Source: Antedon mediterranea
Taxonomy: Eukaryota; Animalia; Echinodermata
Direction of reading: 5' to 3'
Length of the DNA stretch: 64,000 nucleotides
NCBI RefSeq assembly: GCF_964355755.1
Contig: NC_092672.1
Location: forward strand, 33,052,437-33,116,436
Shown here: positions 11,731 to 26,519 of the stretch, in pieces
Layout: each line of letters begins with the position of its first letter
Numbering within the stretch: position 1 is the first letter of the stretch
Program-made: the position numbers and the translations under genes
The notes under the pieces: model-generated
Database searches by the model: none
The model's input: only the letters and a program-made list of their open reading frames with translations
Told to the model about the DNA's origin: nothing

Positions 11731-14700
11731 TGCATGTATGCAATGATAATCTACACAATCTACATATATTGTTCTATTAACTATAGCAGGAAATTAACAT
11801 TATTTCGGGCCTGTGGGCATGTGCGAATCATAGAGCGTGAAGCCTGTTTTAGAACAGTGCCCAAATGATCAGTCTTATTCTGTTTTTAAGTAGGATGATC
11901 CTTCTTGCAACATCGAACCAGAACAAAGTTGGTTACTAGCCAAAATTCAAATTTTGTTTATAGAAAGTTTTCTCAATTGGGACATGCGATTCCCAGTGCT
12001 GTATCTCCACATACTATCTATTTCCGAAGTATCATAGGAATATTTGGTAATACAGCATCACATGTGGTGGCTGTATCGTGTCGGGATGTTATAATTACAA
12101 AATATTTCTATGATACTTTGGAAATATATACAGGTTACTAACTTCTTCTGATCATAATTTCCTATAAAGTAATAGCATTTACTTCACAAATTAATTAATC
12201 ATTACTGTATTCCTAAGAAGTACTGTGATCTAGTTCACGATTCAATCCAACAACAATGCATTATGGTTAAATCATCCTTTTTCGTTGTTCTTCCTTTCGA
12301 CGTTCTTCCTTTGCCTATAATAAAACCCCCTTTGGGACTCCCCTATCAAAGGGACAATTTTTGGGTCCCAATGTGTCCACTTAATAGAGGTTCCACTGTA
12401 TACCCATCAGGAACTTACTCAATTTAAAGCTCAGGTACAGGCATGAATTAAAAATATAATATCTGGTTAATTGTACATAAATTAAATATTTGTAACAGAA
12501 ATCAAGGCGAAAAAACATGAATTTCCCTTAATAATAATATGGTCAAATACAAATTTGACAAAATTCTGCCATAAAAACCAGGAAGACCTTTTTTCAGTAG
12601 TTAGGTAGTTTAACCTAATGTAATAACATGTCTGGTGACTCCCTAGAAGGTGAAAAAAGATGGTGGATATATGGTGGAAAATTTTTGCTATAGCATGAAA
12701 ATAAAAATCTGAAGTTGAATAAAAATACCAGAAATGTAAAATTTAATTTATATTACAGTACCTAGTATAATCAGTAATCTTTTACCACACTGTTTATTTT
12801 TCATAGCGTTTTGAAATGCGTCTCTATTTACAAAATTTGTGTACAAAAGAATAGAGATTTTACTGTGTAATTTGAACTATCTCCCCCCCCCCCACCCGCC
12901 CTGATAAGAAAGTGCTTATTTTCAACAAGCTTGTGTAACACTAACATAAATAAAATCCCAAAAATTATGAAACATAGGGGAAACTATAGATTGATAATTA
13001 TTATCAAAACCATTTTTTCCCTCTGTAATAATTTTCTGCCTTTTTTATTGTTAACCGTTACAATTTTATCTTAATGTGATACTAATACTAATTATATTAA
13101 CTTTTTCTAACTTTAATTTCAATCCTTTATCAAATTATATTTTTTATTATTTAGTGTTTGTTTCAGTATATTTTCCGCATCTGATTTTTATTTTTTATTG
13201 GCAATCATAAACAAAAACAACAAACAAACAACTACAAAGTAATTGGCAGGAAACACAAAAAGAAACTAAATCTCTGAAAGAGCCTGTGAATCCTCTAATA
13301 CCAAGTAGCATATAAAGATAAAATAATAATATAGTATAGAATTTCTTGAATCAAATAAAATATTCTGTATAGTTGTTCATAGCCTTTTAAACTGTAAATT
13401 TTGTTATCGTTTATTCTGTTTAAAAAGCATTTTTAAACAACATATGCTACTTGGAATTTTAAGAGTTCTCAAAGCAGGTGAACCCATATTCATTTACAAG
13501 TTGTAATGTTTCATCTTCACAACAGACACTTTGGCAGCATCAGGTATAATTTTTTGTGAAATAAAATACCCCAATAGCCACAGGCATATTTCTCCATTTT
13601 GTCTCATCTGCATTGACTTTTATTAACATTACTGTACATGGGTTAAAATCTATGTTACACTATTTAGTTCATCATGTTTGCTGGGTTGAACGCCATGCAG
13701 TTGTCGGGTTCTGTGACTTACCGTTTTCATTCATTATGCTCAACAGAACCTTCAAAAAATCACAGAAGCAAAATTTTCCATTTGGCTAAATCTTTTATTG
13801 AAATACTACTGTATATTAATATTATCAAAAATCTTACTTAAACATTTTGTAATTGTTATTTTTTTTGTAAACTCAAAAGAATTTCAACTTCTGTTGCATT
13901 TTGCAAATAAAATAAACATCTTTAATGTCATATTTGTTTGGTTGTATTAACTTCTGGTGCTAATTTTGTATTGCATGCCGTGCATTATTTCTGCCTATAT
14001 TAACGTTTATGAGTAAAAGGTATTAAAAAGTATTTGTTATCGTTCTCAAGTTTAACTGGAAACTGAGGAAATTTGGGATAGTTTGTCTATGGACACACGG
14101 CAGCTAGGAGCGCAGTGCTTACCAGATCAGCGCACATGCTGCGCTAAGTATTTTTTTTAACATGTTGGTCATTTTGTGGAAGACAATAAATGATGCAGTA
14201 ATCCAAGCTGTAATGTTTGCTATCACTTAACTACACTATGGAAGATAAACATATACTTACCAAGACCATTTAAACCGTCTTGACCTTTGAAACAGAATCT
14301 GGCTACTTTCTTAAGCCTGTGTATATCTGGTTTTCATCTGATGATGTTATTCGCTACTATAGCTAGCATTTGTATTTGTATCTGATGATAGTACTTCACA
14401 ACCAAGATGTTCTCTTATTGGTTGAATTCTATTAACAAACTTGAGTGTCTTATGTAAATTGAGCAATGGTGACGATTGCTTTCTTCCGTCTATGGTACTT
14501 GAACAAACTTCAATGTACCTAAAAGTAAACAAACATTTCAATTAAAAAGAAGTCGCACAATGGAAGAATTCTTAATGGAAATACACACAGTAAGTTCATT
14601 TCAAGCCTAGCTTACCCGGATAAACCGACAATAGTGAGATATAACTCTAAAAGTAGAAAACCACAAATGGTAGAGTCCATGAACTACTGTATGCCCTAGT

Positions 14701-17700
14701 ACATTATGCAAGGATATGAATGTTCACAAGAAACCATTTCAGCTGAAACTGGGTAAACACCACTAACGTGATTTACACAATCAAAATTGATCAAAAACAG
14801 CTGAAACCACTGACAATTCACACTTCTAATTATGTTATTAAACAGTATGATGAGCTGTTGTGTATTACTGTAAGTGTAACTCAGACAGAAAACTGGAAAC
14901 GTTCCTAAAACATTTGTTTAATGCTGAAATATTTTACAGTCAACTGCTTTTCAAAACCAGATGAGATAATAATACTCTTCCATAAAAGATGCACTACTGT
15001 AGGTTCTAAAACAGACATGAGCCAGATGGGTACACTACGGTATACGACCTCTATCTTCAAGTCTTTATCCGAGTCAAAGAGAGCCTTGAACATATGTATG
15101 TAATTTCTTGTGTAATGCTACTTTCAGTCAGAAATACAGATTACTTTTATTTATACATTATATATTTAGGTCAGTATTATTAGTATTACCAGTGAAAAAT
15201 TTATCTCAAGTGATAATTAAAGTTAAACCAACATTTTCAAATTCCAAAGTTTTATTGTTGTGGTACTGTACAAATAATGCTTGTTTCGAACAATTTAAGT
15301 GTTGCGTTTATGTCTTTTTTTTATAGCACAATAAAAACAATATCTAGAAAAATGAATTTAAAAAAAAGAAGAAATCTGGAAAAGATTCAATGTTTACATT
15401 GTGTTTTCCCATAAAAACTGGCGATATTACTATCTTATTTATTCTAATATATTAATGCTCGTTTTGAACAATCTATCTAGTGCACATAGACACACAAAAA
15501 AGTAAGATGTCTAGAAATATGTTTTTAAAAATGGTCAGACATAAGCGTACAATAACATCGAACTAGTTTCTTTAATGACAAAGTAAAGTTATGTTTTTTT
15601 AATTTTAAACAAAAAATAAAGTATATAGAAATTCTTCTAATTTAAAATACATAAACCAACAGTGGTATAGTCTATAAGTGCCACTTGAGTGCTTTGGACT
15701 GTACCATTTATGGAGAGGGGTGCATTTGAGGAGAATAAGCTATTGTTGGTTTATCCATGTATTAGCCAGGCACAAAGTGCACAAAAGGTTCTTCCTCATT
15801 ATAAAGTAGATAATGAATAAAGTCAATCTATCACTGTATATTAGTAATACTACAGTTGACTTGATTGAATGAAATACAGAGATACTATTACTAGACATTA
15901 TTTATTTATATAAGTGAAATATCTGTATTTTGAAAATTAACGAACAAAACAAAAAATTCTTTAAAAAAAAAAAAATTAAAAAAAGATTATTTTAAACATT
16001 TTCTGTATGAAATAAAGCAATGTTTGTAATAATAAAAGAAAAAAAATTTAAATCGATAATTCATAATTTTCAGATGAAACAAGCCTGGTTGCACCTTTAA
16101 AGAACGTCTGTCTAATTTATCATTTAACTGTTTTAACAACTGTTTTTCCTACCAAGCAAAGTGGAAAAGTCAAATTGCATTGCACACATTGTCTTCATAT
16201 CAATTGATATTCTTCACAAGATAATGACTGGTTATATAGTTTATACAATTCATCATCCGATTGCTCCAAATATGTATAATATTCATCGTAAATCCAAATT
16301 AATGGAACAGTAATACGTTAATTGATATTTGTTGATGTGATCAGAATCCGGAGATTATCAAAGTATAGTACTGTAAACTGAGAAATAATTGACAATAATA
16401 TTCTATAGTATTACAATAAATCGTATGCATAATATGAATACATGATGAGATACCGTACATGTCATCTGATATCAAGAAAATATGAAGAGATGAAAATAAA
16501 ACTTTTTTGGGACCATGTCCGAATTATTCTAAGTCTGCAATAAAACATTCTGTTTTCTTTACTGCGGAGTATCAAATTATTTAGACATTTTTTTTGGTGG
16601 TAATGGTATTAAAACACACAAAAATAGAATCAATGTTATTTCTTATAGCCATTTACACAAAACGCGGAGTGAATAGGCGGTTGAGCAAAAAAATGCTCAA
16701 GATAAATACAGATTCTACATAGGACAAGCTACTCGGTTTTCAACTTGCCGTTTAACTGATCGTTTGTGTTAAAACTGGCTACTGTATATTAGATAGTTTG
16801 CACTGACAGTACAGGAACATTAATGAACTAAAATCATATGTTATTGCAAACGGAAAAACAATATTTTTGACGTTGAATTGAATTGAATTGGTTCCTAGTA
16901 TAGGAGGCATCATCATATAATTAAGGTATTGGTAATGATGATGATATAAAAGATACACATTTATTTTTATCTTTTATATAGAAAAAATTGGTTGACATGC
17001 AGTGTTGAAGAACAGCTTGTTTATACTGCTGATATTAATACTGACTGGATACATTGCCGGCGAATTGATTGAAAAAAAATCAAATTATATTCAAATAATC
17101 ATTTTATTATTATTGTTTTCACTTTTTTTGTAATTATTTGCGGATCTTTTCTTCTCTATAACTGTAGCATTATCAAAACATTCATGTTATCAAACTTAAA
17201 ATTATAAAAACTACAATAAAATATTTTCATTACTGTACGTGCCAAATCGATCCAGAGTACTGTATATTTATTGCATCTCATACAAAACTGTAGATAATTG
17301 ATTTTAGCTAGCTAACGATTTTCTTTGTATTATTTTACTTGTTTGTATGAAAGTCTTACCTTTGATTACGTTTTTAAATGAATTTCCTTTTTATTGTTAG
17401 AGGACTTCCTATTGCATACCTGTTGTTGGTTTATAAATTCTACAGAATTGTGGTTTTTCGTTCTTTGTCTGTTTTTTATATAAAAAGAGATTGTTTTATA
17501 CCTAACATAATAAAGGTTATCTATTTTTTTTCCTTTTTTGGTAAACAGTGCTTGGTATTAAGAATTGTAGTTTTAATAAATTTGTTTGAATTTTATTTAA
17601 AAAAGATTGTATTTACTGTATACCTAACATTAACAAAGGAATGTCTTTTAATTATGCTTTCTGGTATTGAATAAAATTCAATGGTATTAAAAGTTTGTTT

Positions 17701-18330
17701 AAAAATTCGACAGAATTATGGTTTTTATTGGTCTCTGTCTATTTTTTTTATATTTAAAACATTGTTTTATACCTACAAGTAATATTAACATATTATAAAG
17801 GTTGTCTTTAAATAATTATATGATTTCCTCATTTTGCCTATTATTACTGTTTTATACTGTACCGGTTGGTTTAAAAATTCTACAGAATTGTTGTTTTCAT
17901 AGGTCTATGGGGCTGTTCAGACCTACCGAGTTACTGTATGCTTTTGTATCGTACTGTACGCGGTGACAAGGTACAAGATTAGTGAACAACGGTTACGATA
18001 TGAAATTTGAGAAACGATTTTAACCTCTATAACCAATCAGATTTACTCCTGCAATCTAGATGTTCACCCAAATCGGTGACATTTTCAATCAAAAGCGTTA
18101 GTTAAGCAAATCTGAACACTTTGTTGTTACAACGCTAAAATTATAATATGACATTGCTTGCAATACGAAAGCATAACTCTATGGATCTGAACATACCCTA
18201 TGTCTTTTATTATACTGTTTGTATATAAATATATATTTATATATTATTATTATTTATATTACTTTTATTTTATTTATTCAAATTCTCACAAAAATGTACA
18301 TACAGTAATACAAAGCAAGAAAAAGACATA

Positions 18331-19161
18331 CCGTATATTTCGGTGTATAAGTCGCACTTTTGACACGCAAATTTGACCTCTAAATTAAGGGTGCGTCTTA
18401 TACACCGAACATAAATGCCTCACCACACAGATTGTACATAGGCCTAGGCCTAGGCTATCGTCACCTCGTTTGCTAGGCCTAGCTACAGTAACTAACTAAC
18501 GTAACGGCAACCTGCTTCTGCCTAGTTTTCAAGTCATTTTAGCATGATGTTATACTAAATATGATGAAAAGATTTGTTCATTATGGCGCTCCGATAAAAT
18601 TTCATTTGTAAACGTTTATGTACGATTGGAATAGTATTTATTTATACAGTAGTTATACGCACGATCGCCGTACCCCAAGCGCAAGCCCTTCTTTTGGTGG
18701 CCACATGGTGTACGGTATTCGACTAGTATATTCTCCAGGTGATTATAGCATGGACCTAGCGTACACACTTCTCGGATACATAGATACTAATCGAATACGA
18801 TTGTCCGTGAAAACGTGCGCCCTCTCGAAATAATCGAGCGAGGCTAGCCCACACACGTGCGTGTTACACACACGGTCATGCACTCGATGTTGCGGCGAAA
18901 CTCATGAATAACAAGTTAAAAAGAACTTGTTGAGGCTGGGCGCGGCCGAGCCTAGGTAAGGAAAAACCTAAATAAAGGACGCCGTTGTAGATATAACAAA
19001 ATATATTATTACAATAATATTGATTACAATTTAAAAAAACATTGTTTTGATGAAATATAAGGTGCGTCTTATACATCGACGATATAAAAAATACCGATAT
19101 TTTACTCTCAGTTGGGGGTGCGTCTTATACACAGGTGCGACTTATACACCGAAATATACGG
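18331..19161. mobile_element. Tc1/mariner-pogo (Tigger-like) non-autonomous element, TA TSD
   Basis: TIR ccgtatatttcggtgtataagtcgcac / gtgcgacttatacaccgaaatatacgg flanked by TA; subterminal ggtgcgtcttatacac repeats. Confidence 0.85.
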
Positions 19162-22100
19162 TAACATATTTAAAGAACAGAGTACATTCAGTGAAGGATG
19201 GGACCAACAGGTGGTAAACACCTCTAGAACGGTCCAATCCCAAGTACATTGAGTGAAGGATGGGACCAACAGGTGGTAAACACCTCTAGAACGGTCCAAT
19301 CACAAATTGCACAATGATAAATGAAAAAGTTAATAACATTATAATAAATATTTAAATATAGTAAATAATAATTTATAAATTTGTATAATTTAAGATTAAA
19401 CAAAGTTGGTCGACATTTAAAAATACTGAATTTCTTGTAATTCTACAAAGAAGCATTTTATGTAATACCTGATTTATTTGTTTTGTCTGTTTTACTCAGT
19501 TATATATCAATGTCTGTTGTTTAGTTGGAAACAATTTAATACTTTTCATTACAGTGTATATTTCTGGTTTAGTTGAAATGCCAATGTGTGTTTTTCCTGT
19601 TGCTTTTGTTTGATTAAAGTTTGCAATGGCCGGAGGATAGACATAATGTGAATTGACAAATCTGTGTTTCTATAGGCACTATTTGTTTTCATTTCTTGTA
19701 GTTTTCTAATAAATTAGAAAATGCGGAGATTTGAAGGGTATGATAGTTGATACAGATGAACGATTCAATGAAGTGGATGTTTAAATTTTAAAATTAAAAA
19801 GTAAAAATATCATGATCAAAAGATGCGGTATTTAAAGATAAAATTTATTTTTTTAGTATTAAAGATTTTTGTTTTTACTTACAATTGGACTTTTAACTGC
19901 TACTAGAATAAAAGGCAGTTTTGATCAAATTGTCACTCGTGTAGTCTGACACAATATTGTCACTCCCAAAGACTTGTGTATATGTTTGTCTTGTGATCAG
20001 CAATTGCTGGATGGATCATTCTCATTTAAATATGGTCACAAAAAAAAAAGTTTAAAATTAAAAAGTCAAAATATCATGAAATATGCGGTATTATAACATT
20101 TTAATATTTTTTTTGTAAAGATTTTTGTTTTACAATTGGACTTTTAACTGCTATTAGAAGGAAAGACAGTTTGATTAAATTGCCACTTTAGTAGCCCGAC
20201 ACGATATTGTCAAAAGCTATTAATAAAATTGTAAGTAGCTGTTCTTACTCACTGTATAATTGAAGATAAAACGTTAAATGATCTTTTGAAACATAATGGC
20301 AATCGGATCTCTTTGTAAAGATTAAGAATTGTAGACATAAAGACTTGTGGATAATAGATAAATTTTCATAAGTTTTTGTGTTTTAATTTTTAATAATTCT
20401 AGTTTTTTAAACATCAAACGACTTGATACTATCAACCTAGTTTGACAAAAAAAAGTGTGATGTGCGCAAATATGGTAGCAATATATGGTAATGATATGAC
20501 ATCATCATGTCCATATATGGGCACATCACATTTTTGTTGTCACATAAAGTTTGATAGTGTAGACAGAGCTTTAGTAAAGTCTGTAGATACTGTAGTAGGC
20601 GGTATTAAATGAACAAGCTTTTAAATTCTTACACAGTTACTCATTAAACATATTACCAAATTTCAACACAGAGAGCACTTCCCAGCCACCCTTATTAATT
20701 TGTTAATACCCAAGACTTCTCTAAACCAGATACGATTAGTCTACTGAATGTACTTCTCTACTGTAGAGCCTCAATATCAAGCAGAAATTTCTGAGTTTAA
20801 ATATCGGTTGGCGCAGCTTTTTCTCATTCTCAGTTTTTCTCATTTTTATAGTTTCTAAATTTTCAAATTTTCAGTACTGTATATTATCACCGGGCGGTTT
20901 AGAACTTCTTCTGTGCCTATAATTTATTTTTAAGTGATAATATTAATAGCAATGTCATTTCAATATGATTTTAACCTTTTTATGATTTTTAATTTCACTG
21001 CTTTATCCTTTTACAAATTTTTTAATTTTTTTAGTCTGTTTATGTATTGCTAACAACCAACATTTCTTTGTTTTTTACGAAGAAAAAAAAATTGTTTTTT
21101 GTATCTTCTATCTAATACTTCTATAACACTCAGACAATATCATTTCTGAGATACAGAGTAGTCCAATGTGTTAAAATACAAATTCTATAATATTATTTCG
21201 TTTCACATTGAATTACTACATTATTACACGTTTGCCTTTTAAAGTGTCAAATTTAATTTTGTATGATAACACGATGATCGTAGTTGACAGTTTAAAAGGT
21301 ATTCTTGTCTTTCTGTATTGTACAAGTTAAATTGTGTTTGTTTGGGCCGTTGGCAATACATTACTGTTCTTTCCAGTGTTTAAGTCGAAACTGATTGGCA
21401 ACAAAAATCGGTAGCCAGTGTTAAGCTTTTTTAATGTTTATTAAACAGAACAGAAAACCTTTTTATTAGGAATACAATAAAATATTGTCAATATAAGGTT
21501 TGAGTTTAAAGGTCAGAGTTTGAAGGCAGATAATTTGAAAGATGAAGAAAAACATCTACTTTAGTGTTGGGCGAGCCTTTAAAAAAAAGAAATGAATAGG
21601 ATATTTAAAAAAAGAAATAATAAATAAAGGAAGAAAAAAACAAAGAAAAAACCAATAGATCAATAGATTTTGTAAGAACTTTCTAGAAAAAAATACAGAA
21701 TTGCTATGAAAATTTATATACTATAATAAAAAAATAATTAAAAAACCCTAAATTACTGACACATAAATTGAAATCTGACAATAATTTATTGTATTTCAAA
21801 ATCAAAAATTCCAAGAACAACCTCGTAAATAAATAATTGGGAAAATAAAAAAGAAATTGACTAATAAATATTATGGACTATCCTACAATCTTTTAAAAAT
21901 AATACGGAATGAAGAATGTAAACATATTTCTTAGAAAAATAGACTATACCATTATTCGATGGGGATGTGATAATGTATACTAATGTTCTTCTTTTCGTAT
22001 ATTGTATGTATTCCTCTCTTCAGAAAGAGAGGCTAATGTTGGTTTATCCTGGTAAGCTAGGCACGAAATAGACTATTGTTCTTTCTTCATTAAATGATGC

Positions 22101-23298
22101 TTTTTTTAATTAAAATCCTTTTTTTAATTTAGGAAATAATGATTTATTAATATTATCCAGGTAAGCTAGGCACGAAATAGACTAATTGTTCTTTTTTCAT
22201 TAAATGATGCTTTTTTTTAATTGATATTCTATTTTTAATTTAAGAAATAATGATTTATTATCAATTATTTACTGTATGTAAAAAACCCCAAATACTATAG
22301 TCAAGGATTCAGATTCAGATTAGATTTATTAAGTCATTCATACATAGTACAACGATAATTGTTACTTAACAGAAAAACATAAACACAAAAATACACACAT
22401 AATATTTACATTCATGATCGACATGGAACTTAACAACTGATCAAGCAATGAACCGAATTCCAAGAAAATTTTTTATATTTTTAAAATCGTTAATCAAATT
22501 CCACCAACATGACTGCTGTAGATTGACGTCTGAAGGTAACCCTGTAATCTGTACTATCCAATGTCAAGACAAAAATATATAATTCATAAGTATGATTAAT
22601 CTAAGAATCGTGAACTCAAGTAAATTATTAATTTTATACAGCGCTACGCGGTACAGTATAAGGCGAAATGGAAAAATTAAATTCACGTCTCACCCCTCAT
22701 CATATTATGGAGCCAAGTGCATTTTTTTTACAGCTTATTATTATTATCACAAGGTGTATGAATACTAGGTTTTAATCTGTCAACAAGTGGGCTAATAGTA
22801 TCTACAGGGTATAGAGGTTTAACACTTTATAATGGCAGACAACCTCTGCCTACAGCCAGTACATATCAACAATTGGCTTTTTGGAGGTGGCACAAATTAT
22901 TGTCCCATATGACTTATTGGAGGTGGCACCAATTTGACCCCAGATGACTTATTGGAGGCAGCATCATTTTTACTGAACCCAAAAAATTGGGTATTTTTTA
23001 AAAACTCCCACATACCAGTTTTATTAAAATACATTATGGTACATTTTGGTATCCAGAAGTTTTTAGAAATAAAATCCAAAAATTAGATTTACTAAGTATG
23101 GTCAAGTTTGTATTAAGTAATTAAGTTTAACTACTGTATATTGTATAAGACCATAATAATAAAAAATGTGATATGTCCATATATGGACACGATGACATCA
23201 TATCACTTACCATATTTGCAAGCGTCACACTTTTTTTTTTTGGAGATAGAGCTATATTTCTCCTATGGAAAGTGTTCATTAAGTAACAGGAATGCCAG

Positions 23299-24024
23299 CT
23301 GAATATGGTTGAATGTCTCCTAGATAGGGTTGAGTGTCTCCTAGATAGGGTTGAGTGTCTCCTAGTTAGGGTTGAATGTCTCCTAGATAGGGTTGAATGT
23401 CTCCTAGATAGGATTGAATGTCTCCTAGATAGGGTTGAATGTCTCCTAGATAGGGTTGAATGTCTCCTAGTTAGGGTTGAGTGTCTCCTAGATAGGGTTA
23501 AATGTCTCCTAGATAGGATTGAATGTCTCCTAGATAGGGTTGAATGTCTCCTAGATAGGGTTGAGTGTCTCCTAGTTAGGGTTGAGTGTCTCCTAGATAG
23601 GGTTAAATGTCTCCTAGATAGGGTTGAATGTCTCCTAGATAGGGTTGAGTGTCTCTTAGATAGGGTTGAGTGTCTCCTAGATATGGTTGAATGTCTCCTA
23701 GATAGGGTTGAGTGTCTCTTAGATAGGGTTGAGTGTCTCCTAGATATGGTTGAATGTCTCCTAGATATGGTTGAATGTCTCCTAGATAGGGTTAAATGTC
23801 TCCTAGATAGGGTTGAATGTCTCCTAGATAGGGTTGAATGTCTCCTAGATAGGGTTGAATGTCTCCTAGTTAGGGTTGAATGTCTCCTAGATATGGTTGA
23901 ATGTCTCCTAGATAGGGTTAAATGTCTCCTAGATAGGGTTGAATGTCTCCTAGATAGGGTTAAATGTCTCCTAGTTAGGGTTGAGTGTCTCCTAGATAGG
24001 GTTGAGTGTCTCCTAGATAGGGTT
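23299..24024. repeat. 21-bp minisatellite (gaatgtctcctagatagggtt), ~34 copies
   Basis: Visible tandem array; explains the 248-aa (RVECLLD)n ORF. Confidence 0.95.
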
Positions 24025-24270
24025 TTTTTTTTTTTTTTACCATTTTATTGAGGATGATCCATCCAGCAATTGCTGATCATTAGGGACCCTCAGAGGTTCA
24101 CAAGACAAACATATACACAAGATGCTCTACATAAACAAAGTCTTATTACAAGTCTTTGGGAGTGGAGTCGTAATTTTGTCCTTAGAAAAAAATCATGACA
24201 TGTGACGGGCTTGAACCCAGGACCCTTGGAGTGGTAGCCAAGCATCATAACCACCAAGCCACAACTCCAC
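24023..24270 (-). mobile_element. tRNA-derived SINE (second family)
   Basis: Minus strand: A-box TGGCTTGGTGG, B-box GGTTCAAGCC and poly(A) tail (T-run 24023-24038); closely related copy at 46665-46879 and a 3' fragment near 19970-20050. Confidence 0.85.
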
Positions 24271-26100
24271 TATATGTCTCCTAGATAGGGTTGAATGTAT
24301 AAGTATTATTAGTTTCAGGGTCAAATACCAGAAAGGCGTCAGGATCAAAGTCAAAGAATAAAAAGGTCATGTTATCATTTCTGTGGTAGGGGCTACAGTA
24401 CCTATTATGAATTTGATATCAAACTCTTACTTTAATTAATATTACTGAACGTCAAATCAAACTATGCAATGATAGGCCTACATAACAGTAATCATTTTCG
24501 ATTTTTGTTTCTACAGAAGCAAATAATGATAAGTTATAATCACACACATGACGTGTAAGTATAGGCCTGTTTGATCTTAAAATGGGGATAATTAATCAGA
24601 GAGAAGTTATTAATTTACGCATCGCAGTGAATTTCAATGCACTTATTCAACGAATTCAGTTTGTCTAGTAGAGTAGAGATTTTCTAGTTTCTACTGGAGT
24701 AAACCTAGACTAATATCAATATCATCAATAGTATTATAATACTTAAAGATTCATTATTGAATGTAAAAACCAGTAGTTCATATTAGCCGTAAAATTAATA
24801 ATAAAAACTGATCCAATATGTTACATCTTACACTGCATAATCTTATATTGTTTAGTTTAGCTTTTATTGTAATCTGAAACATCTCCTTAAAAGTCCTCAA
24901 CTGTATACAACAAAGAAGCCGTAGACTGATTTAAATCCAGAATAAGATTTTAAGAAAAGACAAAGTACTGTATGAAACGGATTTTCAGGGAAATAAAGAC
25001 TTCAATAACCTTTTAAAGTTCTGTCTACACTATCAAACTTTATGCGACAACAAAATGTGATGGGCCCATATGGACATGATGTCATATCACTACTATATTT
25101 AAGCATATCACTATCATATTTGGCCACATCAATTAGTTGATAGTGTACAGAGCTTAGACCCATACAATCCAACACCCCCATTTTGGCCGGGAAACTCCCG
25201 AATTTTAGACTTGCCTCCCGGCCAAATATTGTGCTCCTGTTTTTCCACACTGAATTTTGATGTACTGTATGTGTGGTTTCCTGCATTAAAATATAACAAA
25301 AATGCTATACAATACAAGCAAATTTACGATATTTACGACCATCTGCGATCATAAATTTCTGATTTCGGATTCCCCTCACACAGCCACCACGCGATAATAG
25401 ATAGAGGGCGGCGTTGATCTTAAAAAATACCACCTACCATTTTTTAAACTTCAGACCTACAGTAAGTTTGTAAACCAAGAACAAAATTGCTTTTTACACA
25501 CTGCTCTACGAAACCAGGCCTAAAGATGCATCCAAGCGTAGTGAAATATCACACTGAAATATCCAGTCCCCTCCTGGTGGTCATAAATGCAATATTACAC
25601 TCCCATCTTACATGATAAAATCATTACTCTTATGATAAAACACAGTAATAAAACCATGTTCCTTTATTTCCTCAAAAGAACCATAAAAGATGGGAACAGC
25701 TGTTTTTTAAAGTTTTATTACTATTTCATGATCATGTGACAAATAAGGGTCATGTGACATTGTTGCTAGTATGCAAGGTACAAACAGATTTATTCAGTCG
25801 AGACGCAGAGTTGCGTGACCTCGAAATTATCACAATCTCGAAATTTGAATCGCCGCCATTGCTACCGGCGATCGAGAGAAAAAAGTTCTGAATTTCCGTG
25901 TAAAATTATGAGATTTTATTAACGATTTACAGGGTATTTTGTATTTATAAATAATATTTAAGGGATTTTACCTGTATAGAATTCAAAAATTCGATCATAT
26001 TTAGCCTAGCCAAGTGAAAGTTTGTGGCGACCTTAGCGTAGGCTAGCGGCGACTGGCGTAGTGATGAGTAACTTTAGTCGAAAAATATTTAATAACTCAC

Positions 26101-26345
26101 TGAAAATCGTATGAACAGTCACGGATTTTAGGTATATGACGTAAATATATATTCCAAACATTTCTACCAAAGGAAATCGTTAAACTCTCTTGAAGAAAAA
26201 AACGGCTGGATTCGTTTGAGTGAAGCGAATGAATTCTGAAATAGCAGCCATTTTCCGACGAGAGAAATGACGTAATGGCAATAGCCTTACAGCACCAGAC
26301 GGCTTAAAATGACGTCATGGCATTAGTCGTAGGGGAACCAGACTG
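26101..26345 (-). promoter_or_regulatory. Probable promoter and non-coding first exon, most likely of GLCE (donor after 26101)
   Basis: Minus-strand GTGAGT donor at 26100-26095; YY1-like AAAATGGC; two CRE-like TGACGT(A/C)A in a ~42-bp duplication; CpG-rich; same strand as GLCE, whose coding exon begins with an acceptor. The link to GLCE is inferred. Confidence 0.45.
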
Positions 26346-26519
26346 CTTTTAATAAAAACTGTCAAGGTCCGACTGCATTACAGTATTTATGTGATTTAAT
26401 TTTAAATTCCATTTATTATTGTTATTAATTAATAAATATTAATTTACAATGCACAATCCATCACTGCAATCATCACACCACAAATTCTTCAAAAACTACA
26501 TAATAAAAATAAAACACAA

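Noticed and set aside
23299-24024. TTAGGG/TAGGGTT words suggesting telomeric repeats
   Set aside because: They are parts of a 21-bp unit, not tandem hexamers.
23305-24051. 248-aa ORF of RVECLLD repeats
   Set aside because: It is the translation of a 21-bp minisatellite related to a MITE motif; no gene structure.
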